Positions 36,872 to 49,500 of a DNA stretch of 64,000 nucleotides are shown here, in pieces. Each line of letters starts with the position of its first letter. The stretch's first letter is position 1. Location: contig MU053629.1 of NCBI GenBank assembly GCA_013239625.1, positions 2,073,567-2,137,566 on the forward strand, given 5' to 3'. Source of the stretch: Lama guanicoe (Eukaryota). The position numbers and the translations under genes are program-made. The notes beneath the pieces are model-generated. The model had not been told where the DNA came from. It saw only the letters and a program-made list of their open reading frames with translations, and did no database searches.

Positions 36872-39800
36872 GTAAGAGGTGGCCAGACCTGGCTGCCCAC
36901 TGCCAGTCAGAACTGCTCTGGACTAACCGCCAAATGCTATGTGTACTCTGTGGGAGGCTCATTAGTTTGTGGGTAATGACCAATTACAAGGTCAGAGCAG
37001 CTGGTAATGGTAATGTGGTTTTGTTCCAAATTAGGGATTCCCTACAGATTCTTTAACAGCAGGCCTGGACATTGTGGAGAAGAATATCTGTTGTTGGGGG
37101 CAGCTGCTTGATAGAATGAATTTTCAATAAGTCAAGGACCTCCCACCTTGTTCTTGTCCCACCTCAGACATTTGTTACCAGAGGCTGGCATCAGCCTTGA
37201 TGTGGTTCCCAGCTTGACTGGCATTTCATCCTTATAGTCATTGATAAACTTAAGAACAAATTGATAAACCTAATATGCTTTCAGATGAGTGCTATTCTTA
37301 ATGGGATAAATGGTGCTGCTGGGTCTCTGAAAGAGAAAAGGGTTAAATAAGTTTCATGACATGATATCTACCAAGTGTTCTATTGGTGGCTGCCAAAGAG
37401 CAAAAGGACACAGTTTGGGGCAGATAAACAAGGGAGCAGGAGGTACTGATTATACTATGAGGTACGTAATCAGGTTTTATAAATTAATGTTGTGACTATG
37501 AAAGTTTGGCCTTGAAAGAGATTCTTTGGCCACAAAAGTATAGCTCTTGGCCAGTTATCTCCCTCAATGATTGGAAATCAAGGTATCCTGGTGGTTTAAT
37601 AGCTGCCAAACGGTGTAATGATACCTTGCCTTCTGCTTGACTTGGAAGGACAGGTGCCTGCAGCCCCATGAGGGGTTCTCCTCCTCTGGGAAGATGATCT
37701 TAGTTCATCTCTTAGTAAATGGAGCTTGCAGGGCTGGAGCAGACTGGATATGAGTCTAGGGTCAGCTCAGGCTGCCTTAAACTTCTGCAGCTTACGGTTT
37801 CCTGCAAAGCAGCTGGCCAGGTGATGAGCTGTTCATTGGCTCTTGATTTTCTGCTGTGTTCTGCTCACCCAGTGCTTTCAGCTGATCCCAGCAGATGCAG
37901 TATAAATTGATTTCTCTGTAATTACATCAGTTGCAACAGGGAATGCCTATTTCCATATGTAAGTGTTCATAAATAGAGGCTGGATATGTATGTTTGCATG
38001 GTGGTGTCCTCTTGCCGGGATTCCAGTGGTAGCTTGCACTTTATTTGCTGTAGGTATTTTGGTCTTTGCCTCTGGCACATCTGTCGCTCTTAGCAACATC
38101 TGGACTTCCCTGGTAACAGGGCTGTGAATTTTTTTCCACTAATAACACAATGGTTTGTTCCCTTTTACCAGTGGCAGCTGCCAGAGAGGCTGCCTGTGTT
38201 TAGGTGGCAGATGCTACAGTCCACCTCAGCAGAGTCACATTCCAGCTGGCTACTGGCATGGCGCATCCTGTGCTGGCTGTGATTTACCAATTTTCTCTGA
38301 GGTGCAGATGGATAATACTGTTTTAAAGAGGCCTAGGAGTACCAGGAGTTCTTGCTTCTGTTCCAGGCCCATTAGACTGTTCCCTACATCTGGCTTCAGT
38401 AAACTCTTGCCATATATCCATGTTCATAATCATTGTTCCTCCTGTGCTGAAAAGCGGCCACTTCTGAGGGTGGCCTTCATTTTCCTTTCTGTTTAGAACT
38501 CTTGACTCGTTGCAGTCTTCTAAGCCAGGTAGTGTTTTGTGGGTGAAGGGATAATGATGCTTAGATTCATACTGGATTTAAGTCTAAATGTCCATGATAG
38601 TCTCCCAACAGAGAAGAAAATGCAACCCATTTTCTCATACGGGTCCAGGGCTGGATGAGTGGTTGCGCTTCAGATTATAACTGGGCTGAAAGATGCAGTT
38701 AACAATACACCTTGGTTCCAGGGAGGATTGTCCCTTAATGTAGTTGTGTTACATACCTTGTCTCCCCAAAAGACTGAGAATAGAGCAGTGGAATGGAAGA
38801 GAAAAGGAAGAGAGACTGTTTTTGTTCTTGGAGGGAAGATAAAGTTGCTGAGAAGTACTTTTAGAAGAGAAAATTTGCTGTGCAATTTGATATTTCTGTA
38901 AGCAAGAAGCTGCCTTCTCAATTCCTTTCTCTGTTTCCTTAATTCTTTTGAACATTCTGATTCTTGGGGTGCCTTCCATAAAACATCTGACCATTGAAAT
39001 AAATAATTTAAATAAATGAAAGTTACTTGGAGATGAAAAACACTGTGCAGGGAGACAAGAGTTTCTGGAATGGGAGAGAAAGAGAAGATGCAAAAGGGAA
39101 AGGGAGGCTAGGAATCTTGGCGAGGAGCAGCTTTTGAGAAAGAAGAACCCCAGGGTTTGGGGCATAAGAGGTGCTCAGTCAGTGCTTGATGATTAGTACT
39201 ACAGCTTATAAGCCCAGTCTTTGAAAACTTCTGTAAGATTTCCTCTCTGAGATATGGACTTGCCTATGGCATAACTGGTTTGGAATGTTCCTTCCGTGTA
39301 GAGACAACCAACAGAACCAAAACAGCCAAACAGCTGTTTTGATATAATCTAGGAATTACATACTCTGAGCTGGAAACTGTCACAAAGAGGGAAAACTCAT
39401 AAAATTTGAAGTGTCTTGGCTGGAGTCTACCCCCAATCCCCACCCCCTTACCCCCTTGGAGACAGGAGAGAAGACAAATGCAGTTTGTTGTGTAGGATAG
39501 AATTGTCACTTGTCTACCTCTAGCTAATGAGGGATATTTGAATATTCAAATTATCTGCCCCAAAGCCTTCTTTCTTATCAAGGTAGATATCTTAGTTAAT
39601 GGCTCAGCAAATTTCTATCAGCCAAGAATGTGGACTTCCCTTTGTGAGATCCCACTTTTGCTCCACTACCTCTGGCAGGGCTCTCTGTGCTGTTTCCTTG
39701 AGTCCTAGGAGAGACCAGAGATGGCTCTTAGCAACTACTGCTGCCCTGAATTGTTATTGAGCGCTCCTGCCTCATACTTCCTGCCAGCTGAAGAGATGGG

Positions 39801-41374
39801 GGAGGGAATGTTGAGGAATAAACAAGACAGAGCCTTCTGGCTCCTGTCTGTTCCCTTGCCTTTGGTTTGATTGATAGGTTGTTAAATTAGGGATGGAAGG
39901 GGAGGTAGGAAAGAGGGAGAGTGCCTGTCTGAATGTCCCCAGCTTAGTGCTCACCTTGCCACTCTGACAGGCAAGAAAAAAGAATTTACAGACTACAGAA
40001 GGCAGTGATCTGTCTTTGTCGGCTCTGAGTTGGGGCTTAACCCAGGAGTTTAAGGTGAGACTCCTTTTTTTTTTTTTCAAATCGTATAAAGCAAAGCTTT
40101 CGTGGCTAAAAGATCTAGATGTTTGCAACCAGCTCTCCTTGCCTTTTTAGCTGTACTTTTGATCTTGCAAGGTAGAAACACTGCACTGTGCTTTCTCCAT
40201 GTCTGTGTCTCAGCTTCTACTGCTCTCAGAATGCTGCATACATGTATTTAACACTTCCCCCATTAGTTTTGGATACAAAGAAAATGATAAAGTGTGCTCT
40301 TTGCTCTTTCGCCTTCTGATCATGCTTGCTGTCATATCCTGTGTTCTAAGAGCATCTTCCTTTGCCCTTGGATTTGTTTTCTTGCCCTAGTTTATGCCTT
40401 CCAGCTCAATTCTCTCGTGTTGCAATCCCTCATTGCTCAACCAAGGTCAGGTCTCTTATTTCTTCTGATCCAAGGCTTTCTCTCTTAACGCCTTCATCCT
40501 TCACTAGCTGTTCTTTCTCAGCTATTGATGACATAGCAGTCAGCCCTGCTTCCTGAAGCCAGATGTCCTCAAGCATTTTCCTTCATGGAAGAAATTAGAA
40601 GGAGTTGATATTTATGTAGGACAGAGATGCATTCTGTAACTACAACGAAGTCTGAGCTTTATTTTTCCTTCAGCATCTCTGTTTCCCATCTGGGTGTTGT
40701 AATTCAAGGAGGGCTCTGAGAAGGATTATCTTGTCCAATCTCCTCACTTTATAGAAGAGGAAACTGCGAAGGGGGAGGTCATGTGACTTGCCTAAACACT
40801 CACAGGTAGTGCAAAGCTAGGTTTTTGTTTATAGAGTTCTTATGGAATATTGTTACTCTCGGATTCTTAACAAATCCTTCACTTTCCCCACATTAAAGAC
40901 TACAGCAGAAACATTGGATGTAAATGTCCAGATGCTCTTAAGACCATTGTCATTTGTTTTTTACATCAATTTTAACATTGTAGATACTCAGTAAACAAAG
41001 GATCTTTGAGTTTAGCTTTCTTGGGTAAGGTGATGTTTACAAAGACCAAATATTAATAGCTGACCTGAGCCTTCCCCATTATACATACAGAGGGAAAGTT
41101 GCTTTTAAACTGCTACTTTGAGCTTGACTTCTTGAGGATGTGTGTATGTGTTCTGAAATATTGCATTCAGTCAAATTTTCATTGTAATCATCGAGGCATT
41201 AGCCAGTTCTCTCTTTATTTGGCAGTTGCAGATATGGAAAACAAAACAAAACAAAACCAAACCAACCCTGCCTTTGTGCTTCTTGGTCTTATCACTAGTA
41301 GACAGACCTTAAATGTATTGTGGGTATTAAACTGTTTTGTAAAGAGATATTGTTGTTGGATACCATTATCATCT

Positions 41375-41800
41375 TTCATTAATTCAGTATATTAATTGAG
41401 TACTTTTTTTAAAACTATTTCTTTCTGTAAACTTCTTTTTTTTTAATTGAAGTACAGTCTATTACAGTGTGCCAATTTCTGGTGTACAGCACAGTGTCCC
41501 AGTCATGCATATACATACATGAGTGTATTTTAAATCCCAGGTGTTGTGCTTAGTACTGGGTATACACTGGTGAATAGAACAGAGGTGGCTCCTGCTCTTT
41601 GAGGAGCTTACAGTGTACCATCTAGAGCAGAGTTCTGAAATTGTGTTCTGTAAAACCATGTGCATCACATCATCTTAGTGTTAAAAATGCAGATTCTTGG
41701 ACCCTAGCCCAGATGTGCTAAACAGGTTTTAGGAGTGGGGGCTCAGAAATCTGTGCTTCCAAAAAGACTCCCCAGATAATTGCTATATACTTTAGTGTTT
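41375..41800. mobile_element. L2 3' end (antisense) interrupted by a short young L1 3' end (about 41435-41520), followed by a MER5A-like element (about 41625-41800)
   Basis: tttttaattgaagtacagtctattacagtgtgccaatttctggtgtacagcacagtgtcccagtcatgcatatacat (L1 tail); aaaaatgcagattcttggaccctagcccaga (MER5A). Confidence 0.7.
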
Positions 41801-41924
41801 GTGAATTTCCTTTAACCATTGTTAATTTTCTTTATAAGGTGGGCACTGGGAGCCACTTCTAACCTGAAACACCAGTCTTCTAAACTTAAATTGCACATCA
41901 ACTCTTTTGTATAAATTTATAAAC

Positions 41925-42140
41925 TGTGGAGCTGGACTGGACTACCTGGGTTTGTATCCCAGCTTTGCCACTTATTAACTGAGTGGTCTTGAACAAGTTA
42001 CTTAACTGCTCTACCTCAGGTTTATCATCTGCAAAATGAGGAAAACAATAGTTCCTAAATAGGGTTGTTGTGAAATTAAATGAGTTAATTCATATAAAAC
42101 ACTTAAAACAGTGCTTGGCACACAGGGAGCATTCAATAAA
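41925..42140 (+). mobile_element. MIR (sense, near full length)
   Basis: tacctgggtttgtatcccagctttgccacttattaactgagtggtcttgaacaagttacttaac...catctgcaaaatgagg...cagtgcttggcacacagggagcattcaataaat. Confidence 0.85.
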
Positions 42141-43834
42141 TATTAGAACAAAAGAAAAACATGATTTGAGTAAAAATATGTCTCATTTTGCTCTAGGCAA
42201 TAATGCGCTGAAATATAACAACATTCCACCTATACAAGAAGCCCAGTATGAATAGATAAGCATGTTGGCTAAGACTTTCAGCACTGTGCTCAGAAGTGCC
42301 AAACCTGGACTGGGAAATTTGCATGCTCGTAATATGTTCTAAAGGCCCTGATATTTATAGTGGAGCTTGGTGGGGTAGAAGATGAGAAATTGGCTTCAAA
42401 GGATGTTGAAGTGGCCTGTTGAATTTCTGATTTCATATGAATTGCGTTTCCTTTCTGGCCATATCCCCGGTGTGGGGTTGGGTGTGTTGGATAGATGTTA
42501 CCGTGGGTTTGCCAGCATGTGCAATCTCATGTATGCTGGAAGAGCACTAAATGTTTTTGTTTCTACACAAGAGTGCATGGAAAATCTACGTCCTAGCCCT
42601 TAATCTTCCTCCCCCAGTGTGAACTTGTGTTTTTGCCATTTGGGTATAAGAGCTTGTACCAACAGAGCTCATCCAGGGAGGCAGCAGGCTTGGGCTTTCA
42701 GGCTGGAGGTGGCAGTAACATGCACAGCTGAGATCCTGCCACTGCTGGCTGTCGGAGCCCTCCTCTCTGTGGTTTTCACTCTTCAAGCCATGCTTGAGTA
42801 ACCCGCCTCCAGAGCTGCTGACAGGGCCGTGTTCAGAGGCCTTGGAAATTACACTGTTCATTTCCTTATCATCTCCTGACCTGCAGTGCAGAGCCTTCTG
42901 GTGCAGGAACAAGGCAGAAAAAAATCCAGACGGCTCCCAGCCAGCATGTGTCAAGGGCTACAAAGAAGGAAATTGGACTTGCTCACTTAAAAACCACGGG
43001 GTTAGGCTTTGATTTCTGGTTCCTGCCGAGAGTTATTTGTGTGTGCGCGCATGTTCTACCTCTGTGTATGTGTACAGAATGAATCTGTGCATGGCAAAGC
43101 TGGGGAGGAGGAGCATCTGAAAGTAGAGCAGAGGGAAGGTTGCCTTTCTCTTTAGTTAATTTCCCAGTTGTGCCATTGGGATGGGCCTGGAAGGATTAGC
43201 ATCAGGAAGGTGCCAGGCTATAATAATATTTGAAAATATATTTCTCTAGGTACAGTTTAGTCATGGTTGAGAGCACTCACCCAAGTAAGAATAAGAAGCT
43301 TCCTGGACTGGCTGAGGAGACATTCTTAGTGAATCCTATTCTCTGAAGTTGTTCGTCCTAGGTGACATAGGAAGTACAGACTTTGGGGCAGCCTTGGGTA
43401 AGAGGAAAAGCTCTTTTGAGATGGAGGATAGTGTGATAAAGTAGAGATAGGAGGAATTTATAGGGTTTTGTGGTTTTTTTTTTTCTGTTTACAGGGCAAA
43501 ATTCTGTTACATTTTCAGAACCTGTTGTTGTGTTTTTAGTGTTATGAAACAATCTACTTCTTTTTTCTTTTGGCATTTTTCTTGCCCTAGGAGACCCAAA
43601 GAAAACACCTTTCAGTCTGAAGAAGTAGTATGTGGATGGTAAAGTTCTTGAGCAGAGTTTACGATCATTCTGACCTTAATTTTCCTTTTTCTGGATTTCC
43701 ACTGTGTTAATGTCATTGGTGACATTGGAGCCTTTGTGAAGTGGGGGGAAAAAGAAGTCTTTTAGCTTGCAGGTCCTGGAAATGTTTTTAAGTCCTAAGT
43801 GTCTCTCTCGTTGGAAGTATTCTGCAGAGAAGTG

Positions 43835-43957
43835 TTTGGTGGGAATGTAAATTGGTGCAGCACTGTGGAAAACAGTATAGAGGTTTCTCAAAAGACTAAA
43901 AATAGAACTACTATATGAACCGACAGTTCCATTCCTGGTTATATATCCGAAAAACAG
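43835..43957 (+). mobile_element. Short internal L1 ORF2 3'-end fragment in sense orientation
   Basis: ttggtgggaatgtaaattggtgcagcactgtggaaaacagtatagaggtttctcaaaagactaaaaatagaactactatatga is the conserved L1 ORF2 C-terminal region. Confidence 0.85.
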
Positions 43958-44224
43958 TTTGTTTTAACATTAGCTCTCCCATTGATCATGATACACACTA
44001 TTTGAGATCCGCTGTTGTAAAGCACGTTTCCCTCTTAATAACGAAGATCAAACTCACCAAAATCTTTAAGGGGTACAAAGTAACTCTGAACAGTTAGATA
44101 TGATTTTTTTTTCCCCTGAGTGATGGTCAGAAATATCTTTTCTCTTTTTGGGCAGCCTGACAGAAACCTAAAATTGGAGAAAATACTTAAGGGTTTGGGA
44201 CTTTGAGAGCAAAAGAAATATTCA

Positions 44225-44395
44225 AATTATTTATAACTTTTCTAAGCCTCACTTTTATCATCTGTGATGTGGAAGTGAATAGTAGTACTGACCTCATAGA
44301 GTTATTATGAGGATTAGATTAGATAAAGAAGGTTAAGTACTCAGCACAGTGACAAGTATATAATAGTAAATACTGTATAAATGTTAGCTGTTGCT
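44225..44395 (+). mobile_element. MIR (sense, 3' half)
   Basis: tctaagcctcacttttatcatctgtga...tactgacctcatagagttattatgaggattagattagataa. Confidence 0.75.
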
Positions 44396-45089
44396 GATAT
44401 AGTGTTATTAGCTATGAGGTGCAAGGCCATTGTGAGATTAAGGGGTAAGGCTATCCTTAGGGACTTTGAAGAAGTAAGCCCCTGGAAGTTATAATAGCGA
44501 GTATTCTAAATCCTACTGATTTCCAAGAGGGCTTGGGGAGATATTGATTCAGAGCATTAGGAACCATTAAGGTTTGTGATTTTATCATTTGATTGGGTTT
44601 GTTGGACTCTTATTGGTACCAAACTGATCTCAGGTTAAAAATCTTGCTTAGCTACTTCCCATTAAAGTCAGTTTCTTTGGTATACACTCAGGCCTTCTGA
44701 ATTATTTTTCTAAGGATTAAAATAACATAATTGTTTTAGTTTAGAAAGTATTTTTCCTTCTGTTAGTCCTCAGAGAGTGCACACTTTAGCCTTTTGAAGA
44801 GGTTAAAACTACAGGTCAAAAGAGTCAGAAGAACAAGGATTGAGACTTCTTTTTTTGTGTGAATTTGTCACTAGTTGCAGGAAATAAAAAAGCAGTTCTC
44901 AGATTTTTAGGAGGTGGTGAGTTTTCAACTTGAAATATTGTCCATTGGGAGACTACAATTCGACTGTGTGTCTGAAAAAAATACTAATTGAGTATTTTTG
45001 AATTTGAGACCACTGGGTTCCAGCCTCAGTGACAAATACTAGATTGGTTTAGATGAGCCAAACCTGACCATTGAATCCTTTCTTGGCCT

Positions 45090-45913
45090 TTTAAAAAACG
45101 GAGGTATCGTTGACATAACATATTAGTTTCAGGTGTACAACATAATGATTCAGTATTTGTGTATGTTGCAATATAATCACTTCAGTAAGTCCAGTTAACA
45201 TCCTCATTGTTACAAAATTTTTTTCTCTTGTGATGAAAATTTTTAAGAGTTACTTTCCTGTGTACTTTCAAATATGCAACACAGTATTATCCATAGTCAC
45301 CATGCTATACAATGCAGTCCCATGATCTATTCATTTTGTAATTGGAAATTTGTACCTTTTGACCACCTTCACCCATTTGATCCACCTCTCTACCCTCTAC
45401 CTCAGGAAACCACCGGTCTGTTCTCAGTGTCCATGAGCTCAGGTTTTTGTTTGTCTATTTGTTTTTAGATTCCACATATAAGTGAGACCATATGGTATTT
45501 ATCTTTTTCTGCCTGGCTTATTTCACTTAGCATAATGCCCTCAAGGTCTATTCATGTGGTCTCAAATGGCAAGATTTCATTCTTTTTATGGTTGAATAAT
45601 ATTCCTCTGTGTGTGTATATATACAGACACACCACATTTTCTTTATTCATCCACTGATGGACATTCAGGTTGTTTCCATGCCTTGGCTATTGTAAATAAT
45701 GCTGTGGTGAACGTGGGGGTACATATGTCTTTCAAATTAGTATTGTTGTTTTCTTTGGATAAATATCCAGAATTAGAATTACTAGATCCTATGGTAGTTC
45801 TGTTTTCAATTTTTTGAGGAATCTCCAAACTGTTTTCTATAGTGGCTGCATCAATTAACCAACAGTACATAAGGGTTCCCTTTTCTCCACATCCTTGTCA
45901 ACTCTTGTGGGGG

Positions 45914-45950
<37 letters not shown>

Positions 45951-46075
45951 TCTCCAATAATAACCATTTAAACAGGTGTGAGGTGCCATGTCATTGTGGC
46001 TTTTATTTGCATTTCCCTGATGATTAGTAATGTTGAGCATATTTTCATGTACTTTTGGCCATCTGTATGTCTTCT
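45090..46075 (-). mobile_element. 5'-truncated L1 containing (TG)16 at 45917-45948
   Basis: Antisense L1 3'UTR (ttagtttcaggtgtacaacataatgattc, tagattccacatataagtgag). The minus-strand ORF 45643-45870 gives ORF2-like residues (KDICTPTFTTALFTIAKAWKQPECPSVDE). Confidence 0.9.
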
Positions 46076-46344
46076 CTTGGCCTCTGTTTTTGTTTAGTAA
46101 TGGGTTCTCTTTATTGTAAAAAGTTTTTTATAAACTGGTGCCCACCACACTCAGCTCAGAGTTCATATTCCTAGTTTGTATGATTCTTAAGAAGTTAAGT
46201 ACTTAACTCTGCACTGAATCAAACCTTAGTGAAAGGTACAGAGAGTCTTAGTCTAGAAAGGAGGTGTACATATTCATCATATACTAATCAAAGTAGCGTG
46301 AGGTTAGAGAAATTACCATTCAGGATGAAGAGTCTCTTGGTGCT

Positions 46345-46510
46345 GAGGCTTGTCAACTGGAGGTGCACATCAGAATCCCTTTTGAAGTTTTTACAAAGTT
46401 AAAGTGTCCCCCTAAAGTAAAATCTTTAGGGCTAGGAACCCCAAGCATATACATAGTCTTTAAAATTTCAACAGGTACTTTTAATATACCTCTTGGTTAA
46501 AAACCACTGT
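46345..46510. mobile_element. MER5-family hAT relic
   Basis: gtgcacatcagaatccc...caggtacttttaatatacctcttggttaaaaaccactg. Confidence 0.55.
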
Positions 46511-49500
46511 CATTGCAGGAAGGACTCTGATTTCACTATAGAGACTCTGTAAATCCCTGCTACTCACCCTTAGACAGGGAGCTTTTAAAGCTGTCCTTGC
46601 TTTTTGCCATTTCCAGATGGAGCTGTGCACTGCGGTTTAGATATCACATGATCCTCAAGTGTTTTACAGTGTGCTCAAGATTCTCCTCTAACTCTTCTTT
46701 TTCATTGCTCAGTTACTGTGTTGGGGTCAGTCATTTAGGAATATAGCTATAATGAATCTGACTTCTCATAACCCCTTAATTAGGAGAACTAATTAATAAA
46801 TTTTTGATGGTTACAGCCTTTAAAGTAGAACATCCATATCAGTGTTACTGATTCAATTTTAAATTACTGTTCCAGAATTTTTAAGGCAAATTTGAGTAAA
46901 ATTCCTATGACTAGATACATTTTGCCATAAATAGGCAACTTGTGGTATTTTTTTCTGTGTAAGTTAGAAGTGAGCAGAAGACAGGTTTAGATACTCTAAA
47001 TTTATTGCTAATCCAAAAGCAGCTTCTTTTCTCTTTAATTGGTGAATATATTTCTGTGCTTATGTTGGACAATAGGTGTTCTTAATTTTCCAGAAATCCA
47101 TGACACCCCAAAATAAAATAATGCAGCTTCCCAGTAAAGACCTTACTCATGAGCCTGCTTCTAGACACATTCAAATTAAACATGCTGTTTTAAGAAGAGA
47201 GAGCATCACTTCACAGAAATAGTAGGGGTTCCCTAAGTTCTTTGCTCTTTTTGTAAACAGATTATTTCTTTGAAGTCAGGAAGAGAATTAAATGTTTTTG
47301 AGTATCCCTCCCTGCTGGGATTTTAAGTCTCATACCTAAGGGAGCATAATTAGAATGCTTATTGTTGTCAGAAATGAACCCATACTTGAATATGCTGCAA
47401 ATTTGTAAAGTCACTATGGAATGTCGTGTTTGGGGCAAAATTACAATTACATAACCCTAAAATTTCATATAATAAAATTTAAAACACGGTTTTTATTACT
47501 GATACATGTATTATCTGTGCTTTCAGAATTTGTTAATCTATACTTTAAATGGATCTTTTTAAACCTTGGGATATCTCAAATGCATATACCACTGCAAAGA
47601 GGAGAAAAAATTGGCAAATGTGGGGAAGAAGTCATCATACAAAGTGACTACGCATTTATATACACCATATTAGACTGGATCTTAGTTCTATCAGTATGCA
47701 GATTCCTAAACATCTGGTAGAGTGTCTGTTTTAGATAAAATATGCCATAAGGCATTTTTCATTTTGTTTATACATATGTGCTTAGATTGAGAATGTGGGG
47801 ACTTGAAATCAAACAAGCTGATTGCTTATTACAATTTCAGAAAAAGGTTGAGAAATTCTTTCATTTTTGTTTGCCTCTAGTATCTCTCCTCTCCATTCCC
47901 ATCTCTTAACAAGGATCAGGTTCTAAAATCAGAGTATGGAGTACTTGGTCAGAAAGTACCCTTGAAAATTACTTAGAATGATGCCATGTTGGAGATTGAC
48001 ATACTGGTTTCAACACATTTTTTTCTTTAGCATTGAAACAAGCCATTATTTCTTCAGTTGAGGTCTCATGTAACAGCTGGCTTGTGTTTAAGGACTGTAT
48101 TGATGAAATATATGTATTTGTAAATAGGAGAATTACCCAACCCTGGCAAAATGCTTATACTCTGAGGAGACACATGGGAATGGGAACCAGATAAGTGAAT
48201 AAAGCCAGTTCAAGTCTCCCGTCTCTGGCTCCCTCCAGACTGTATACTCAGTGGGTGGAATAACTGTGAGGCCTAAACCTTTCACATTCGTCTTTCTTTT
48301 TTCTTTTTCTTTTTTGCCAGTCACATAAAGTTGATTGATCGTATTAAATGTATATATCCAGTATATAAAAGTATTTTATGACAGAAGAAATCTTGGGATC
48401 CAGATTCTCTCTGTAGTGGAAATTTACAGGTCCATGGATTGAGTCCAGCCTAATATAATGATTATTCTTTGGTAGCATTTACTTTTCATTCCTAACTTTC
48501 GTCTTCTTCATAATACCCATGAAATCCTTCTCTTTAGATTCCCCTGACCGCTGAAGAAATAAGACCATTTCTGTATGCTAACCTCAGGCCTTACCCTGGA
48601 GTTACAACAAGAACCGTCCTAAGGGCAGGCAAACTGAAGAACAGAGCTGTTCTCATCCTACCATCATATATCCTTGAAACTAGTTTCTCTTTCTTAGGCT
48701 CTGTGCCTTTGAGAACTTCTTTGAGCTACTCTTCACTTTCTTTCCTTTTCTGACTTTCATTTGTAATCTAAATCACGCTTTTTAAAAAATCCTGTAGTTT
48801 TAATAATTTTTTTGTTATGTTTCAGAGTCATTTTTACATTTGTTATTGGTCCTGTCTTAACCAGATGGGTTTATATTTAGTTATGGAAATTTAGAGAGGG
48901 GCTTTTCTCCTCCTCCCCTATTGAAAATAACTAACCAGGAAAAAATAGTCATTTTTGTGTGTTCTACCATGAGCATTCATTACAGTCTGGGCATAGCATT
49001 GGTTGTATCAAGAAGGCCACTGTACTATTGACTGTAAGTTTTTACCCATAGTTTGAAATTGCTGATTGCTGCTAGTTAGAGATGATACTGCTGTGAATAG
49101 GATACCTTATTTGAAAGCTTGGTGCCAGTGCTATGCTTTTAGCTGTGTGCTAGTGGCACTTCTTGGACAGAACATTGCAACTGTCCTATAGGACTGGAGA
49201 GACAGAAGTTTTCATGTTGAAGAGCTAAGTAAAAATAATTCAGGGTATAGGCCAATACATCACTGAAGAAAAAGAAAAGTACCTTTTTTTCTTTCTTTTT
49301 TTTATTGAGTTATAGTCATTTTACAGAAAAGTACCATTTGCTTCTCCCTGTTGCAGTTTGGCCAGGGCAAAGCTCCCAGTAATGGAATTCTAAGTTTACC
49401 GATTTGGGAAGCTCTAGGTTTTTGCCTTTCAGCCTTTGTGAACTGGAGCTTCTTTTCAAAGCAGGGTACAGGATGGGATGACTTAAAGGCTTAAAATAAT

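Noticed and set aside
35968..36900. Antisense ORFs (124, 86 and 62 aa) over exon 2
   Set aside because: Shadow ORFs of a coding exon; no recognisable protein or independent splice/promoter signals.
36101..36976. 291-aa ORF as given in the track
   Set aside because: It starts at a TTG upstream of the true AUG (36125) and reads through the donor at 36872 into intron 2. The last 34 residues are intronic, and no nearby canonical poly(A) signal supports an intronic terminal exon.
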